In this document: in pieces, positions 19,689 through 32,195 of the stretch
Numbering within the stretch: position 1 is the stretch's first letter
How the letters are laid out: the number at the start of each line of letters is the position of its first letter
From: Candidatus Onthousia excrementipullorum
GTDB lineage: Bacteria; Bacillota_I; Bacilli_A; RF39; UBA660
DNA: 64,000 nt
Assembly (NCBI GenBank): GCA_018712385.1
Contig: DVHC01000062.1
Location: 5,624 to 69,623 of the forward strand
Direction of reading: 5' to 3'
The notes under the pieces: model-generated
Databases searched by the model: none
Told to the model about the DNA's origin: nothing
The model's input: the letters and a program-made list of their open reading frames with translations, nothing else
Made by a program: the position numbers and the translations under genes

Positions 19689-20928
19689 TTTTCTTTCCAT
19701 CCTTCCATTTGTTTTTAAGTTTTTCCACAAGTCTTGTTGATAAAGATTGTTTTTTATTATGTTTAGTAATCGCTACTTTATAAACTTCTAAGACGCTATC
19801 TGCAAAAGATGATAAAGAATATTTCTTAACTGAACCTTCCGCTTTATCTGTTAAATTTTCTAGTTCTAATTTATTAGTAGATAACTCTTCTACTATTTCT
19901 AAGCACTCTTTTTCATCTTTAAAGATACGTCCATTAAAGTTATCTACAACTACACTTTTAAAGGCATCATCATCAATACAGATTACAGGAAGTGAAGCTG
20001 CTAGGGCTTCTATTACTGTTAAGCCTTGTGTTTCGGTAGTAGAAGCAGTTATAAAGGCATTGCTTACATGATAGTAGTTTGGCATATCAACCCATGCTAC
20101 TTTACCTGTAAATTTTATTCTATCTTCAAGACCTCTTTCTTTAACTTCTTTTTTATATTTTTCTTCATCAGGACCATAACCTACGATTAGAAGTTTAACA
20201 TTTTTGTTCTTAGTCTTTTCAATGATATCAAAAAGAAAGGGAACATTTTTCTCCTGGGCAAGTCTTCCTACAAAGAGCATAACAAAGTCTTTTCTCTTAT
20301 AACCTAGTTCATGTTTTAGTTTTAATACCTTTAACTTATCACTATTTTCTTTATAAAATCTAGAGGCATCTAGTCCTGTAGGAACGATATATATATCTTT
20401 ATCATAGTGATATTCATCTCTAAATAAGTGATATGTCTTTACGGTTGGAACAATAAAAGCATCTGCTGTATTATCACAATAAAACTTGCTTAAATATTCA
20501 ACTGCTTTTTTACATCCCATATCAAAATATTTAATATTTCTTGAAACATACCAAGTATAGTCTTTATACATAGTATGATAGGTATGTACTAAAGGAATAT
20601 TATATTGTTTTGCGAATAGTCTTGCAAATATTCCCATACTAAGTTCTGTATGAGAATGAATTATTTCTAAGTTCCATGATTTTATTTTATTTATTACTTT
20701 TAAAGGATAGATACTAGACATTCTATAATCATATATTCCTAAAGGGATACCAGGAATTTTAAGTATTTTCTCTTTTTCATCATAATCATAGGTCTTACTA
20801 TCTTGTCCTACGGTAACTATATAAACAGTATGACCTTTTTGTTCAAGAGCTTTTTTTAAGGTTTCAACACTTGTTATTACTCCGTTAACAGATGGTACAT
20901 AAGAATCTGTAAATAGACCTATTCTCAT
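19660..20928 (-). CDS. glycosyltransferase family 4 (GT-B; diacylglycerol glucosyltransferase-like)
   Basis: 422 aa; MRIGLFTDSYVPSVNGV... and the C-terminal FITASTTETQGLTVIEALA (the E-x7-E region) are GT4 hallmarks. Confidence 0.8.
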   Translation of the reverse strand: MRIGLFTDSYVPSVNGVITSVETLKKALEQKGHTVYIVTVGQDSKTYDYDEKEKILKIPGIPLGIYDYRMSSIYPLKVINKIKSWNLEIIHSHTELSMGIFARLFAKQYNIPLVHTYHTMYKDYTWYVSRNIKYFDMGCKKAVEYLSKFYCDNTADAFIVPTVKTYHLFRDEYHYDKDIYIVPTGLDASRFYKENSDKLKVLKLKHELGYKRKDFVMLFVGRLAQEKNVPFLFDIIEKTKNKNVKLLIVGYGPDEEKYKKEVKERGLEDRIKFTGKVAWVDMPNYYHVSNAFITASTTETQGLTVIEALAASLPVICIDDDAFKSVVVDNFNGRIFKDEKECLEIVEELSTNKLELENLTDKAEGSVKKYSLSSFADSVLEVYKVAITKHNKKQSLSTRLVEKLKNKWKDGKKNDSSLKSQE

Positions 20929-20952
20929 AAAGTTTCCTCCTTTAGTAATATT

Positions 20953-22131
20953 TTATTTTTCAGGAATATTTTTTAGTCCTGGTAGTTCTTTTCCTTCAAG
21001 ATATTCTAGAGTTGCTCCTCCACCTGTTGAGATATGATATAGTTTATCTGTTACGTTACAAGCGGTAGCGGCAGCGACAATATCTCCTCCACCAAGAACG
21101 GTTTTAGCATTTATTTCTGTTAAGTAAGTTAGAACATAATCTGTGCCTTTAACATAATTTTTAAATTCATAAACTCCTAGTGGTCCATTCCACATAACTG
21201 TTTTGGCATTACTTAAATTATTCTTAAAGATATTAACAGTATTAGGACCAATATCTAAGCCCATTTCATTATCAGTTATTTCTGTTATATCTTTAACAGA
21301 ACCTTTGGTATCCTCATATTTATCATTACAAACAACATCTACTGGTAATATTATTTTATCTTCATTTTCTTTTAATATTTTTTTACAGAAGTCAAGGGCT
21401 TCTTCATCTAATAGAGAGTTACCAATATTATAGCCTTCTGCTTTTAAGAAGGTAAAAGCCATGCCTCCACCAATTAGAATTTTATCACATTTAGGTAATA
21501 AGTTTTCAATAAGTCCTATCTTATCACTTACTTTAGCACCTCCTAATATTATCATAAATGGTCTATCAGGATTAAAAAGATAAGATAAAGCATTTAACTC
21601 TTTTTCAACAAGTAGTCCCACACAGCTAGGTAGATATGTACTTATACCAACATTTGAAGCATGAGCACGATGAAGAGTACCAAAAGCATCATTAATAAAG
21701 ATATCTCCTAAACTTGCCCAATATTTTGCAAGTTCCATATCACAACCACTTTCTTTTTTACCATCTAAATCTTCATAACGTGTATTTTGCATTAGAATAA
21801 TATCTCCATCATTCATATTAGAGACAGCTTGTTCTAACTCTTCTCCTCTTGTAGCATTTACAAAAGTTACTTTTTTATCTAGTAATTCACTAAGTCTAGT
21901 GGCAACAACACTAAGGTCATTTTTAGTCTTATCTTCTTCTGTTTTTACACGACCTAAATGAGACATTAAAATTATCTTTGCATTATGTTCTAAACAGTAT
22001 TTAATAGTAGGTAAGCTTTTTACTATTCTTGTATCATCAGTAATCTTACCATCTTTTATTGGAACATTAAAATCACATCTAATTATTACTTTTTTATTAT
22101 CAATATTTAAATCTTTAACAGTTTTTTTCAT
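20953..22131 (-). CDS. pgk: phosphoglycerate kinase
   Basis: VIIRCDFNVP...GGGDIVAAA are PGK signatures. Start refined to the ATG at 22131, which has AGGAGG 9 nt upstream. Confidence 0.93.
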   Translation of the reverse strand: MKKTVKDLNIDNKKVIIRCDFNVPIKDGKITDDTRIVKSLPTIKYCLEHNAKIILMSHLGRVKTEEDKTKNDLSVVATRLSELLDKKVTFVNATRGEELEQAVSNMNDGDIILMQNTRYEDLDGKKESGCDMELAKYWASLGDIFINDAFGTLHRAHASNVGISTYLPSCVGLLVEKELNALSYLFNPDRPFMIILGGAKVSDKIGLIENLLPKCDKILIGGGMAFTFLKAEGYNIGNSLLDEEALDFCKKILKENEDKIILPVDVVCNDKYEDTKGSVKDITEITDNEMGLDIGPNTVNIFKNNLSNAKTVMWNGPLGVYEFKNYVKGTDYVLTYLTEINAKTVLGGGDIVAAATACNVTDKLYHISTGGGATLEYLEGKELPGLKNIPEK

Positions 22132-22252
22132 ATACATAATCCTCCTAGTAATATTGTAGTATTTTTCTTATGTTTTTTCAATATTGTTGCTATAACATTT
22201 TTGTAATATAAAAAGACGGTTCCTATCAAAAGTCAAACCAGTCTTTTAATTA

Positions 22253-22432
22253 ATTACTTAATAAAAACTCAAGTACACTTATAAATGGAGTTATTCTTTC
22301 ACCGTTTATATATATTTTGTAATTATCTTTATCTATTTTTTTAGTAATTATTGCAAGATAAAAATGACTTTCGCCTTCTGCATTAACTTTTTTAAATTTT
22401 GAAGCTAGTAAATCTTCTATTGTTAATTCTTC
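22253..22432 (-). pseudogene. 60-codon open frame without a start codon (possible 3' gene remnant)
   Basis: The stop-to-stop frame EELTIEDLLASKFKKVNAEGESHFYLAIITKKIDKDNYKIYINGERITPFISVLEFLLSN has no ATG/GTG/TTG. An imperfect hairpin plus T-run (about 22211-22247) follows it. Confidence 0.2.
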
Positions 22433-22482
22433 TTAGTTTAGTCTTCCAAAATATAAAAGCATATTTTTTCCAAAATTCCATT

Positions 22483-22926
22483 TTATAAACGTTTTTCTTT
22501 TATAGTTGAATATAATGTTTTATTCTTTAAATCTGTTGCCTTTATATTGTTTTCTTTAGCAAAATCGTATAACCAATACATCCAGCCATAATCATTTTCT
22601 TCTACTGCTTTACCTATCGCTTGTTCAAAGTTTTCTATTAATACATCACGAGGTAAAGTTGATAGCATTTTCCAGATTTCTTCAGCACCTGGCCAATTCA
22701 TATCTTGTAGCCATATAAAGAGCTTAGGTATTATATCGGCAATTTTAGGATATCCTCTTTTGGTTAAGATTAAGGCTTCATAGTACCAATTACCCTTATC
22801 ACCAACTTGAACAAACTTCTCATTATCAAGACTTTCGTCTTCACTTAAAATATCTACGTATTTTTTCATTTCATCAACAGATAAAGTCTCATTAATAAAT
22901 TTATTATAAGTTTCATTACTATTCAT
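22483..22926 (-). CDS. hypothetical protein (147 aa) inserted between gap and pgk
   Basis: Intact ORF on the same strand. No known motif recognised. Confidence 0.45.
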   Translation of the reverse strand: MNSNETYNKFINETLSVDEMKKYVDILSEDESLDNEKFVQVGDKGNWYYEALILTKRGYPKIADIIPKLFIWLQDMNWPGAEEIWKMLSTLPRDVLIENFEQAIGKAVEENDYGWMYWLYDFAKENNIKATDLKNKTLYSTIKEKRL

Positions 22927-22970
22927 CTAAAATTACTCCCATTATTAAAACTAAAAAGAGCCTAAAGCTC

Positions 22971-23975
22971 TTATAGGTTAGCAACGTATTTCGCTACTCT
23001 TACATATTGGGCAGTATAACTCATTTCATTATCATACCATGCTACTACTTTAACTAGTTGTTCTCCATCTACTTCACTAATTGAAGTTAATAGACTATCA
23101 ACTAAACTACCATAGTGCATACCTATTGTATCACTTGAAACAATAGGGTCAGTTGTATATCCTAAAGTTTCATTAGTATTATTTTTAAGGGTTTCATTTA
23201 TTTCTTCTACAGTTGTATTTTTATTAAGCTTTAATACTAAGTCAACAACTGAACCTGTAGTTACAGGAACTCTCATAGCAGTACCTTCCATTCTTCCTTC
23301 AAGGTTAGGTAGTACTTTACCAATAGCTGAGGCTGCTCCAGTTGATGCTGGAACAATATTAGCAGCACTTGCTCTACCACGACGAGCATAGATTCCTTTT
23401 TTATGAGCAACGTCTAGTGTAGCTTGGTCATTTGTATAAGCATGTACTGTTGTCATATAGCCTTGTTTAATACCAAAGTTATCATCTAATACTTTTAGAA
23501 CTGGGGCTAGACAGTTAGTAGTACAACTAGCAGCAGAGATAATCTTTTCAGTTCCATCTAATATGTCCTGGTTAACATTATAGACGATAGTTTTAACATC
23601 TCCTTTAGCAGGTGCAGAAATAATAACTTTTTTAGCACCGGCATTGATATGAGCCATCGCTTTCTCTTCACTTGTAAACTTACCAGTACATTCTAAAACG
23701 ATATCAATATCTAAATCTTTCCATGGTAAGAGATTAGGGTCTGTTTCAGCATAGACTTTAATCTTCTTATCTCCTACTACGATATTATCTCCTTCAAAGG
23801 ATATTTCATCAGCTCTATATCTTCTATGTGAAGTATCATATTTAAGTAAATAAGCAAGTTGTTCTGCATCTGTTAAATCATTAATAGCCACTACTTCCAT
23901 TTCTGGATCATTATCTAATAATCTAAATGCTAATCTTCCTATTCTTCCAAACCCATTAATTGCAACTTTTTTCAT
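22971..23975 (-). CDS. gap: glyceraldehyde-3-phosphate dehydrogenase
   Basis: 334 aa; INGFGRIGR NAD-binding motif and active-site ASCTTNCLAP. Confidence 0.95.
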   Translation of the reverse strand: MKKVAINGFGRIGRLAFRLLDNDPEMEVVAINDLTDAEQLAYLLKYDTSHRRYRADEISFEGDNIVVGDKKIKVYAETDPNLLPWKDLDIDIVLECTGKFTSEEKAMAHINAGAKKVIISAPAKGDVKTIVYNVNQDILDGTEKIISAASCTTNCLAPVLKVLDDNFGIKQGYMTTVHAYTNDQATLDVAHKKGIYARRGRASAANIVPASTGAASAIGKVLPNLEGRMEGTAMRVPVTTGSVVDLVLKLNKNTTVEEINETLKNNTNETLGYTTDPIVSSDTIGMHYGSLVDSLLTSISEVDGEQLVKVVAWYDNEMSYTAQYVRVAKYVANL

Positions 23976-24163
23976 TATTCTTCCTCCTCTTCATCTCTTG
24001 GTACAAACATACCATCTTCTTTCTCCACTGTTTTTACAGGAGAATCTTTTTCTATTCCATTATTATAGGCTAAAACCATAACAGCGATAAGGACAACGAC
24101 AAATATTCCTATAAATATTAGCATTGTACTCATACCAAAACCTCTATTATTTAGTTTACCCAT
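23975..24163 (-). CDS. small membrane protein (62 aa, single TM, acidic C-terminus)
   Basis: Hydrophobic stretch MLIFIGIFVVVLIAVMVLAY and a C-terminal EEEEE run. Confidence 0.4.
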   Translation of the reverse strand: MGKLNNRGFGMSTMLIFIGIFVVVLIAVMVLAYNNGIEKDSPVKTVEKEDGMFVPRDEEEEE

Positions 24164-24177
24164 TTTATCACCTCTTA

Positions 24178-24789
24178 TTAAATTATTTCTACAGCAGCGA
24201 ATTTATTGATAATTTCTTGATATATTTGATACCAAGAGTATACTCTGATAACATTTTTACCTGTACATCCCTGGTTATATGGAGCATCAAATACCATAAC
24301 AGGAATAATCTTAGAGATATCATCAACATTACTAGCTTTATCTTCTATCATTAAATCAAGTCCTATACTTAAACATTTTTCTCTTTTATTACTTGTATTA
24401 ATTACTAGTTCATCATATTCAATATTATATTTATCAAGCCAAGCTTTAACATAGTAATCTATCATGCCACTATACTGATGAGTCAAGTACTGATTATCTC
24501 GTGCTGATAATATTATGATTTTATGTCCATCTTTTCGTAGTTTATGAATAACTTCACTGGCATAGGGTCTTACAGGAATAGCGATTAATAAATCAAAGAT
24601 GTATTGTCGCCAGAACTCTATGTTCTCTTCACTTGTTAAGTGAAACTGTTCTTCCATATAATAACCTTTAGGATTAAAGCCTCTATTGATATTTTGTTCT
24701 AAACAAAACTTAGAGCCACAGGCAAAATGCCACTCTGCTACATCATTTAATACGCCATCTAAATCAACACCTATACGCATTTTAACCAA
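24178..24789 (-). CDS. HAD-superfamily 5'(3')-deoxyribonucleotidase-like protein
   Basis: N-terminal IGVDLDGVLND places the DxDxV HAD motif I at the N-terminus, as in NT5C-type nucleotidases. GAAGGGA precedes the start. Confidence 0.55.
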   Translation of the reverse strand: MVKMRIGVDLDGVLNDVAEWHFACGSKFCLEQNINRGFNPKGYYMEEQFHLTSEENIEFWRQYIFDLLIAIPVRPYASEVIHKLRKDGHKIIILSARDNQYLTHQYSGMIDYYVKAWLDKYNIEYDELVINTSNKREKCLSIGLDLMIEDKASNVDDISKIIPVMVFDAPYNQGCTGKNVIRVYSWYQIYQEIINKFAAVEII

Positions 24790-24820
24790 TCCCTTCTTTT
24801 ATTATTGTAACAAATGTAAC

Positions 24821-24860
24821 AAAAAAAAGGAATAGTGTTTATAAAATTTGACACTATTCC
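24821..24860 (-). terminator. strong intrinsic terminator after rpoC
   Basis: A 10-bp stem (ggaatagtgt / acactattcc), a 12-nt loop, then an 8-U run on the minus strand. The upstream arm includes the rpoC stop codon. Confidence 0.75.
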
Positions 24861-27800
24861 ATAAATTCATCTTCAAGTTTTTCTAAAGGTTCTTCATCAG
24901 CGAACTCATCTTCTAGGGTATATTCTACATCACGGTATTTTTTAAGACCAGTTCCAGCTGGTATTAATTTACCAATTAGAACGTTTTCTTTTAATCCTTC
25001 AAGATGGTCTACTTTACCATGAATTGCGGCATCTGTTAAGATTCTTGTTGTTTCTTGGAATGATGCTGCTGATAGGAATGAATCTGTTTCAAGTGAAGCT
25101 TTAGTAATACCAAGTAATACTGGACGACCTGTAGCAGGGCGTTTACCACTGATGATTACTTCTTTATTACCTTCAGTAAATTCTCTAAAGTTTACAAGAG
25201 AACCAGGTAAGAACTTAGTATCTCCACCTTCAACGATTCTAATCTTAGATATCATACGACGAGCGATAATTTCAATATGTTTATCGGCGATATCAACACC
25301 TTGAGAACGATAAGTATTTTGTACTTCTTTTAAGATGTATTCTTGAGTTGTAATTGGGTCTGTTACATCAAGTAATTCTTTAGGTGAGATAGCTCCTTCT
25401 GTTAATTTATCACCGCAAGATACTGTATCACCTTTTTCTACACAAAGTTTTGCACCATAGTTAGTTGTATGTTCTTTAGTTTCAACTTTGTTAGTAATAC
25501 TAATCTTGTATTTACCATGGTCTTCAGCAATTTTAGTAACTTTACCATCAATTTCAGCGATAGTTGCTTTACCTTTAGGGTTACGTGCTTCGAATAACTC
25601 TTGAACACGTGGAAGACCTTGAGTAATATCTTCACCACCGGCAACTCCTCCTGTATGGAAGGTACGCATTGTTAACTGAGTACCAGGTTCACCGATTGAT
25701 TGAGCAGCCATAACTCCAACTGCTTCACCAATTTCAACAATGTTTCCTGTAGCAAGGTTTTTACCATAACATTTACGACAAACACCTTTTTCAGTATTAC
25801 ATGTTAGAATTGACCTAATTTCAACTTCTTCTATTCCTGCTGATACTATCTTATCAGCGATAGATTCAGTAATATATTCATCTTTATCAACAATTACTTC
25901 TTTAGTTTCAGGATTAATTACTTTCTTACTAGCAAATCTTCCTACGATACGGTCATATAAGCTTTCAATAACAGCACCTGTTTTTTCATTAACAAAGTCA
26001 CGTACAACTAGTCCTTGTTCTGTACCACAATCTTCTTCTTTAACGATGATATCTTGAGATACATCAACTAAACGACGTGTTAAGTAACCAGAGTCTGCTG
26101 TTTTTAAAGCTGTATCGGCACTACCTTTTCTGGCAGAGTGTGTTGATAAGAAGAATTCTGATACGGATAGTCCTTCTTTAAAGTTTGATGTTACTGGTAT
26201 TTCAATTGGGTCTCCATTTGGTTTTTGCATTAGTCCACGCATACCTGCAACTTGAGTAAACTGAGAAATACTACCACGTGCTTTAGAGTGCATCATGATG
26301 AAGATTGGGTTATCTACTTGTTTTTCAGAGATTTCTTCAAGTTCAGCTTGAACTTTATCTTTAACTCCATACCAAGTTTCAATAACTTTCTCATGACGTT
26401 CTTCTTCAGTAATTAAACCACGAGTATATTGTTTATTGATTTTATTAACTAAAGCTTGTCCTTCATCAATATATTCTTGTTTATGTTCACTTGTTGCAAC
26501 ATCACTCATTGAGATTGTAATACCTGCAATTGTTGAGTAATAGAAACCTAAGTCTTTCATCTTATCAAGCATTTCTGATGTTTCTGTTGTTTTATAACGT
26601 TTAAATACTTGGTCTATTACTTTTTCTAGGGTTCCTTTAGCGAAAGGTTTAACTAGAGGCATTTTACTAATCTCTTCTTTAATATTAGCACCTTTAGGTA
26701 AGAAATACTTATTAGGAGTAATATTTTGAATATTATCATCTGTTGGTTCATTAATATATGGGAATGAATCTGGTAAGATTTCATTGAATTTAATTTTACC
26801 AACTGTTGTAATTAAGTATTTACCTTTTTGAGATGAAGTAAATAGTTTATATTTAAATGAATCTACAGGAACGGCAATTCTTGTATGAAGAGTTATCTCA
26901 CGTCTTTCATAAGCCATTAGGGCTTCATTAGAGTCTTTAAATACTCTTCCTTCACCATCTTCTCCTGCTTTTTCCATAGTTATATAGTAATTACCTAAAA
27001 CCATGTCTTGCGCTGGAGTAACGATTGGTTTACCATCAGATGGTTTCAAGATGTTTCCTGAACCTAACATTAGCATTCTGGCTTCGGCTTGGGCTTCTTC
27101 TGATAGTGGTACATGGACAGCCATTTGGTCACCATCGAAGTCAGCATTGAAAGCAGGACAAACTAATGGATGTAGTCTTATCGCTTTACCACCAACAAGA
27201 ATTGGTTCAAATGCTTGGATACCTAATCTATGTAGTGTTGGGGCACGGTTTAATAGGACAGGATGTTCTTTAATTACATCTTCTACAATATCCCAAACTA
27301 CTGGGTCTCTATTTTCAATAAGACGTTTAGCAGCTTTGATATTATGGGCAATATCTCGTTCTACTAGCCCATGAATAACATGAGGTTTAAATAATTCTAG
27401 AGCCATCTCTTTTGGAATACCACATTGGTACATCTTAAGTGATGGTCCAACAACGATAACTGAACGTCCTGAATAGTCAACACGTTTACCTAATAGGTTT
27501 TGACGGAAACGTCCTTGTTTACCTTTTAACATGCTTGAAAGTGATTTCAAAGCACGATTTCCGGCACCTGTTACACTTCTACCACGACGTCCATTATCGA
27601 ATAGAGCATCAACTGCTTCTTGTAACATACGTTTTTCATTTTGAATAATGATACCAGGAGCACCTAAATCTATTAGTTTCTTTAAACGATTATTACGGTT
27701 AATAACACGACGATATAAATCATTTAAATCACTAGTTGCAAAACGTCCACCATCAAGTTGAATCATTGGACGAAGTTCAGGTGGTATTACAGGAATACAA

Positions 27801-28486
27801 TCTAAAATCATCCATTCTGGTTTTTGATTTGAACGATAGAAAGCATCTAGGACATCAAGTCTTTTTAATAGTCTAGTTCTCTTTTGTCCTTGAGCAGTTT
27901 CTAGTTCTTTATTAATTACATCAATATCATGTTTTAAGTCTACTTTCTTAAGTAGTTCTTTAATCGCTTCAGCACCCATACCTACTTTGAAACCGTTACC
28001 ATATTTTTCATAATAGGCACGATATTCTTTTTCAGATAGAGTTTGTTTATTTTCAAGTGGAGCATTTCCTTTATCAATTACAACATAACTAACAAAGTAT
28101 AATACTTCTTCAAGGTCTCTTGGACTCATATCAAGAACAAGTCCCATTCTTGAAGGTACTCCTTTAAAGAACCAGATATGAGAGACAGGACTAGCAAGTT
28201 CAATATGTCCCATTCTCTCACGTCTTACTTTAGATTTTGTTACTTCAACACCACAACGGTCACATACGATATTTTTGTAACGAACTCTTTTATATTTTCC
28301 ACAGGCACATTCATAATCTTTAGTTGGTCCAAAGATTTTCTCACAGAATAAGCCATCACGTTCTGGACGAAGAGTACGATAGTTAATTGTTTCTGGTTTT
28401 TTTACTTCACCATAACTCCATTCACGAATTTTTTCAGGAGAAGCGATACCAATTCTAATAGCATCAAATTTATTTACTTCTATCAT
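24854..28486 (-). CDS. rpoC: DNA-directed RNA polymerase subunit beta'
   Basis: 1210 aa; matches the RpoC N-terminus ([40 protein letters not shown]) and contains the NADFDGD active site. Confidence 0.97.
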   Translation of the reverse strand: MIEVNKFDAIRIGIASPEKIREWSYGEVKKPETINYRTLRPERDGLFCEKIFGPTKDYECACGKYKRVRYKNIVCDRCGVEVTKSKVRRERMGHIELASPVSHIWFFKGVPSRMGLVLDMSPRDLEEVLYFVSYVVIDKGNAPLENKQTLSEKEYRAYYEKYGNGFKVGMGAEAIKELLKKVDLKHDIDVINKELETAQGQKRTRLLKRLDVLDAFYRSNQKPEWMILDCIPVIPPELRPMIQLDGGRFATSDLNDLYRRVINRNNRLKKLIDLGAPGIIIQNEKRMLQEAVDALFDNGRRGRSVTGAGNRALKSLSSMLKGKQGRFRQNLLGKRVDYSGRSVIVVGPSLKMYQCGIPKEMALELFKPHVIHGLVERDIAHNIKAAKRLIENRDPVVWDIVEDVIKEHPVLLNRAPTLHRLGIQAFEPILVGGKAIRLHPLVCPAFNADFDGDQMAVHVPLSEEAQAEARMLMLGSGNILKPSDGKPIVTPAQDMVLGNYYITMEKAGEDGEGRVFKDSNEALMAYERREITLHTRIAVPVDSFKYKLFTSSQKGKYLITTVGKIKFNEILPDSFPYINEPTDDNIQNITPNKYFLPKGANIKEEISKMPLVKPFAKGTLEKVIDQVFKRYKTTETSEMLDKMKDLGFYYSTIAGITISMSDVATSEHKQEYIDEGQALVNKINKQYTRGLITEEERHEKVIETWYGVKDKVQAELEEISEKQVDNPIFIMMHSKARGSISQFTQVAGMRGLMQKPNGDPIEIPVTSNFKEGLSVSEFFLSTHSARKGSADTALKTADSGYLTRRLVDVSQDIIVKEEDCGTEQGLVVRDFVNEKTGAVIESLYDRIVGRFASKKVINPETKEVIVDKDEYITESIADKIVSAGIEEVEIRSILTCNTEKGVCRKCYGKNLATGNIVEIGEAVGVMAAQSIGEPGTQLTMRTFHTGGVAGGEDITQGLPRVQELFEARNPKGKATIAEIDGKVTKIAEDHGKYKISITNKVETKEHTTNYGAKLCVEKGDTVSCGDKLTEGAISPKELLDVTDPITTQEYILKEVQNTYRSQGVDIADKHIEIIARRMISKIRIVEGGDTKFLPGSLVNFREFTEGNKEVIISGKRPATGRPVLLGITKASLETDSFLSAASFQETTRILTDAAIHGKVDHLEGLKENVLIGKLIPAGTGLKKYRDVEYTLEDEFADEEPLEKLEDEFME

Positions 28487-31400
28487 TATTCCTCATCTCC
28501 TTTACTTAATTCGTCTTCTACATTTATTAATTCTTCATCAGGCTGTTCTTCATCTTCTAAAGAAGCATCATCTGTTTCTTCTGTTTCAGAATTTTCTTCT
28601 TTAGCCTCTTCTGTATTTATTTTAGTGATGTTTACTTCTTCATTTAAAGGTTCTTCTACCTCATCATCACTTTCTTCTATTTGTTTTAAGCCAAGGCTTT
28701 CTCCTTCTTCATTAATAATTGAGATATCAAGTCCTAAAGCTTGGAACTCTTTCATTAATACTCTAAATGATTCTGGAACTCCTGCTCTATTAACTTCTTC
28801 TCCTTTAACGATGGCTTCATAGACTTTGACACGTCCAACGACATCATCTGATTTAACAGTCATCATCTCTTGAAGTGTATAGGCAGCACCATAAGCATAT
28901 AGAGCCCAAACTTCCATTTCTCCGAATCTTTGACCACCAAATTGAGCTTTACCTCCAAGTGGTTGTTGTGTTACTAAGGAGTAAGGTCCTGTACTTCTAG
29001 CATGTAGTTTATCATCTACCATGTGGTGTAGTTTAATCATGTACATTACACCAACAGAGATACGGTTGTCGAATGGTTCACCAGTACGTCCATCATATAG
29101 AACAGTTTTACCATCAGGGTCCATTCCAGCTTCGGCCATGATTTCTTCAATATCATCAATATGAGCACCATCGAAGACTGGTGTTGCGATATGTACACCT
29201 AACTTCTTAGCAGCCATACCCATATGTAATTCTAGGATTTGTCCTAAGTTCATACGAGATGGAACGCCTTGTGGGTTAAGCATAATATCTACGGGTCGTC
29301 CATCTGGTAAGTAAGGCATATCTTCTTGAGGTAAGATTAGGGAAATAACACCTTTGTTACCATGACGACCTGACATTTTATCTCCTACTTGAATTTTACG
29401 TTTTTGAATGATATAAACTCTTATTACTTTAGATACACCTGCTGGTAGTTCATCGTTATCTTTACGAGAGTAAATCTTAATATCATGAACAATACCATCT
29501 CCTCCATGTGGTACACGAAGGGAAGTATCTCTAACTTCACGAGTCTTTTCACCAAATATAGCATGTAATAGTTTCTCTTCACTAGATAACTCAGCCATTC
29601 CTTTAGGAGTTACTTTACCAACTAAGATATCTCCTTCTTTAACTTCAGTACCAATTGTAACGATACCATTTTCATCAAGGTTCTTCTTAGCTTCTTCACT
29701 AACATTTGGAATGTCACGAGTAATTTCTTCTGGTCCTAGTTTAGTTTCACGACATTGCATCTCATAATCTTCTAGGTGAAGTGATGTATATTTATCATCT
29801 TTAACTAGGTTTTCATTAAGGATTACGGCATCCTCATAGTTATATCCATTGAAAGTCATGAAAGCGACTACAACGTTTTTACCTAAAGCAAGTTCTCCTT
29901 GATCACAGCTATTACCATCAGCGATAATATCACCCATCTTAACTTTATCACCAACTCTAACAATTGGTCTTTGATGTGAACAGATACTAGAGTTTGCAAG
30001 TTCAAAGTTAGCAAGGTAATATGTATCTTTACCTTTGGCATTAGCGATAATGATTTTCTTAGCATCTACATAGTCAACGATACCATCAGCTTTAGCGATA
30101 ACACATACTCCTGAGTCTTTAGCAGCGATATGTTCAACACCTGTTCCAATGAATGGAGCTTCTGTTTTTAATAATGGCATAGCTTGACGTTGCATGTTAG
30201 CACCCATCAAAGCACGAGTTGCATCATCATGCTCTAGGAATGGAATACAACTTGTTGTTACTGATACAACTTGTTGAGGTGATACATCGATGTAATCTAC
30301 TTGTTCAGGTTTAGCAAGAATGTTTTCATCACGGAATCTTGCAGCGACTGTTTTATCAATAATAACATTGTCTTCATTAGTATTAACTGTTGATTGAGAG
30401 ATGATATAGTCTTGTTCTTCATCTGCTGTTAAATAAACTACTTCATCTGTAATCTTACAGTTTTCTACTTTACGATATGGAGTCATAATAAATCCATATT
30501 CATCTATTTTAGCGTAACTTGCTAATGATGTTATAAGTCCAATGTTTTGTCCTTCTGGTGACTCGATAGGACAGATTCTACCATAGTGAGAAGCATTAAC
30601 GTCACGTACTTCTACACCTGCTCTATCACGAGATAATCCACCTGGTCCTAAAGCTGACAAACGACGTTTATTAGTAAGTTCAGCGATAGGGTTAGTTTGG
30701 TCCATGAATTGTGATAATTGAGATGAACCAAAGAACTCTTTCATAGCAGCGGTAACTGGTCTAATATTGATTAATGTCTTAGGAGTTACTTCTTCCATTT
30801 CTTGAGTAGTCATTCTCTCACGAATAACTCTTTCCATACGAGAGATACCAATTCTAAATTGATTTTGTAATAATTCTCCTACTTGTCTAATACGACGGTT
30901 ACCTAAATGGTCAATTTCATCATAATTACCTACACCATGTAGAAGGTTTAAGTAATATGATACGGCTGCATAAACATCTGATATTGTTAGACGTTTAGAA
31001 TCAATAGTCCCGTCATTACCAATAACAATTAATTTTTTCTTTTTATCATTTGGGTCAAGAATTGTAATCTTTTGAATTTTGTTATATGTATCAAGTTCAT
31101 CATTAATCTTTACTTCTTCTACACCATAACCATTTTTAAAGATTTCTCTTAACTCTTCTAAAACATCTTTAGTTACAACTGTTCCTTTAGGATATTTAGT
31201 TTCGCCATCAATTACTATATCTTCAGCAAGGGTTTGATTTAACAAACGGTCTACAATATTTAATTTACGATTAAATTTATAACGTCCTACTTTTGCTAAA
31301 TCATATCTAAACTCATCAAAGAATCTTGTTATGATATGGTTTTTAGATGAATCTAGTGTTGCAGGTTCACCTGGTCTTAATTTTTCATAGATTTCAATTA

Positions 31401-32097
31401 AGGCTTCATCTAAGTTCTTAGTTGCATCTTTTGCAATAGTATTTTTAAGGAAGTCATCTTCACCAAATAGTTTTAAGATATCATCATCACTAGAAAGACC
31501 AAAAGCACGTAATAATGTTGTTAAGGTTACTTTTCTAGTTCTATCTATTCTTACATATAATACATCTCTAGCATCTGCTTCAAATTCTAGCCATGTACCA
31601 CGTGTAGGAATAATTTGTGATGTGATTAACTCACGTCCATTTTTGTCTATTTCTCTATTATAGTATACACTTGGAGAACGAACTAATTGTGAAACAACAA
31701 CACGTTCTGCTCCATTTATTATAAATGTACCACTATCAGTCATAATAGGCATATCACCTAAGAAGATTTCTTGTTCTTTTACTTCACCTGTCTCACGATT
31801 AAAAAGACGCACTTCTACCTTTAGTGGTGCTGCATAAGTGGTTTCTCTATCTTTACTAGCTTTAATTGAATATCTTGGTTCTTCAAAATGATAATCACCA
31901 AACTCTAAAGATAGTGTACCTGAAAAGTTTTCAACTGGGAATAAGTCTTCAAAAACTTCTTTTATTCCTGTTGTAATAAACCAATCATATGATTTTTTCT
32001 GGATTTCCAACAAATCCTTTAGCTCATAAGTATTTCTTATTCTTGAATAATTTCTTCTTTCACGTTTTTTTCCATATTTTACAATTTTATATGACAC
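28486..32097 (-). CDS. rpoB: DNA-directed RNA polymerase subunit beta (GTG start)
   Basis: 1203 aa; full-length RpoB homology with an acidic C-terminal tail. The stop overlaps the rpoC start. Confidence 0.97.
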   Translation of the reverse strand: MSYKIVKYGKKRERRNYSRIRNTYELKDLLEIQKKSYDWFITTGIKEVFEDLFPVENFSGTLSLEFGDYHFEEPRYSIKASKDRETTYAAPLKVEVRLFNRETGEVKEQEIFLGDMPIMTDSGTFIINGAERVVVSQLVRSPSVYYNREIDKNGRELITSQIIPTRGTWLEFEADARDVLYVRIDRTRKVTLTTLLRAFGLSSDDDILKLFGEDDFLKNTIAKDATKNLDEALIEIYEKLRPGEPATLDSSKNHIITRFFDEFRYDLAKVGRYKFNRKLNIVDRLLNQTLAEDIVIDGETKYPKGTVVTKDVLEELREIFKNGYGVEEVKINDELDTYNKIQKITILDPNDKKKKLIVIGNDGTIDSKRLTISDVYAAVSYYLNLLHGVGNYDEIDHLGNRRIRQVGELLQNQFRIGISRMERVIRERMTTQEMEEVTPKTLINIRPVTAAMKEFFGSSQLSQFMDQTNPIAELTNKRRLSALGPGGLSRDRAGVEVRDVNASHYGRICPIESPEGQNIGLITSLASYAKIDEYGFIMTPYRKVENCKITDEVVYLTADEEQDYIISQSTVNTNEDNVIIDKTVAARFRDENILAKPEQVDYIDVSPQQVVSVTTSCIPFLEHDDATRALMGANMQRQAMPLLKTEAPFIGTGVEHIAAKDSGVCVIAKADGIVDYVDAKKIIIANAKGKDTYYLANFELANSSICSHQRPIVRVGDKVKMGDIIADGNSCDQGELALGKNVVVAFMTFNGYNYEDAVILNENLVKDDKYTSLHLEDYEMQCRETKLGPEEITRDIPNVSEEAKKNLDENGIVTIGTEVKEGDILVGKVTPKGMAELSSEEKLLHAIFGEKTREVRDTSLRVPHGGDGIVHDIKIYSRKDNDELPAGVSKVIRVYIIQKRKIQVGDKMSGRHGNKGVISLILPQEDMPYLPDGRPVDIMLNPQGVPSRMNLGQILELHMGMAAKKLGVHIATPVFDGAHIDDIEEIMAEAGMDPDGKTVLYDGRTGEPFDNRISVGVMYMIKLHHMVDDKLHARSTGPYSLVTQQPLGGKAQFGGQRFGEMEVWALYAYGAAYTLQEMMTVKSDDVVGRVKVYEAIVKGEEVNRAGVPESFRVLMKEFQALGLDISIINEEGESLGLKQIEESDDEVEEPLNEEVNITKINTEEAKEENSETEETDDASLEDEEQPDEELINVEDELSKGDEE

Positions 32098-32166
32098 TAA
32101 AATTCACCCCATTACCATAGTTTTTTACATTTATTATTCCAAAAAATAATACATTGCCAATTTATA

Positions 32167-32195
32167 TTATTAACACAAACTCATCAACAAGTCAA
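32167..32195 (-). promoter_or_regulatory. candidate sigma-A promoter for rpoBC
   Basis: Minus strand TTGACT-N17-TAATAA. The -35 overlaps the stop codon of the methyltransferase gene. Confidence 0.35.

Noticed and set aside
27003-27374. Plus-strand 123-aa ORF and nested minus-strand 68-aa ORF (25438..25644) inside rpoC; similar ones inside rpoB (28625..28822, 29883..30065)
   Set aside because: They sit inside essential RNA polymerase genes and are antisense or alternate-frame artefacts.
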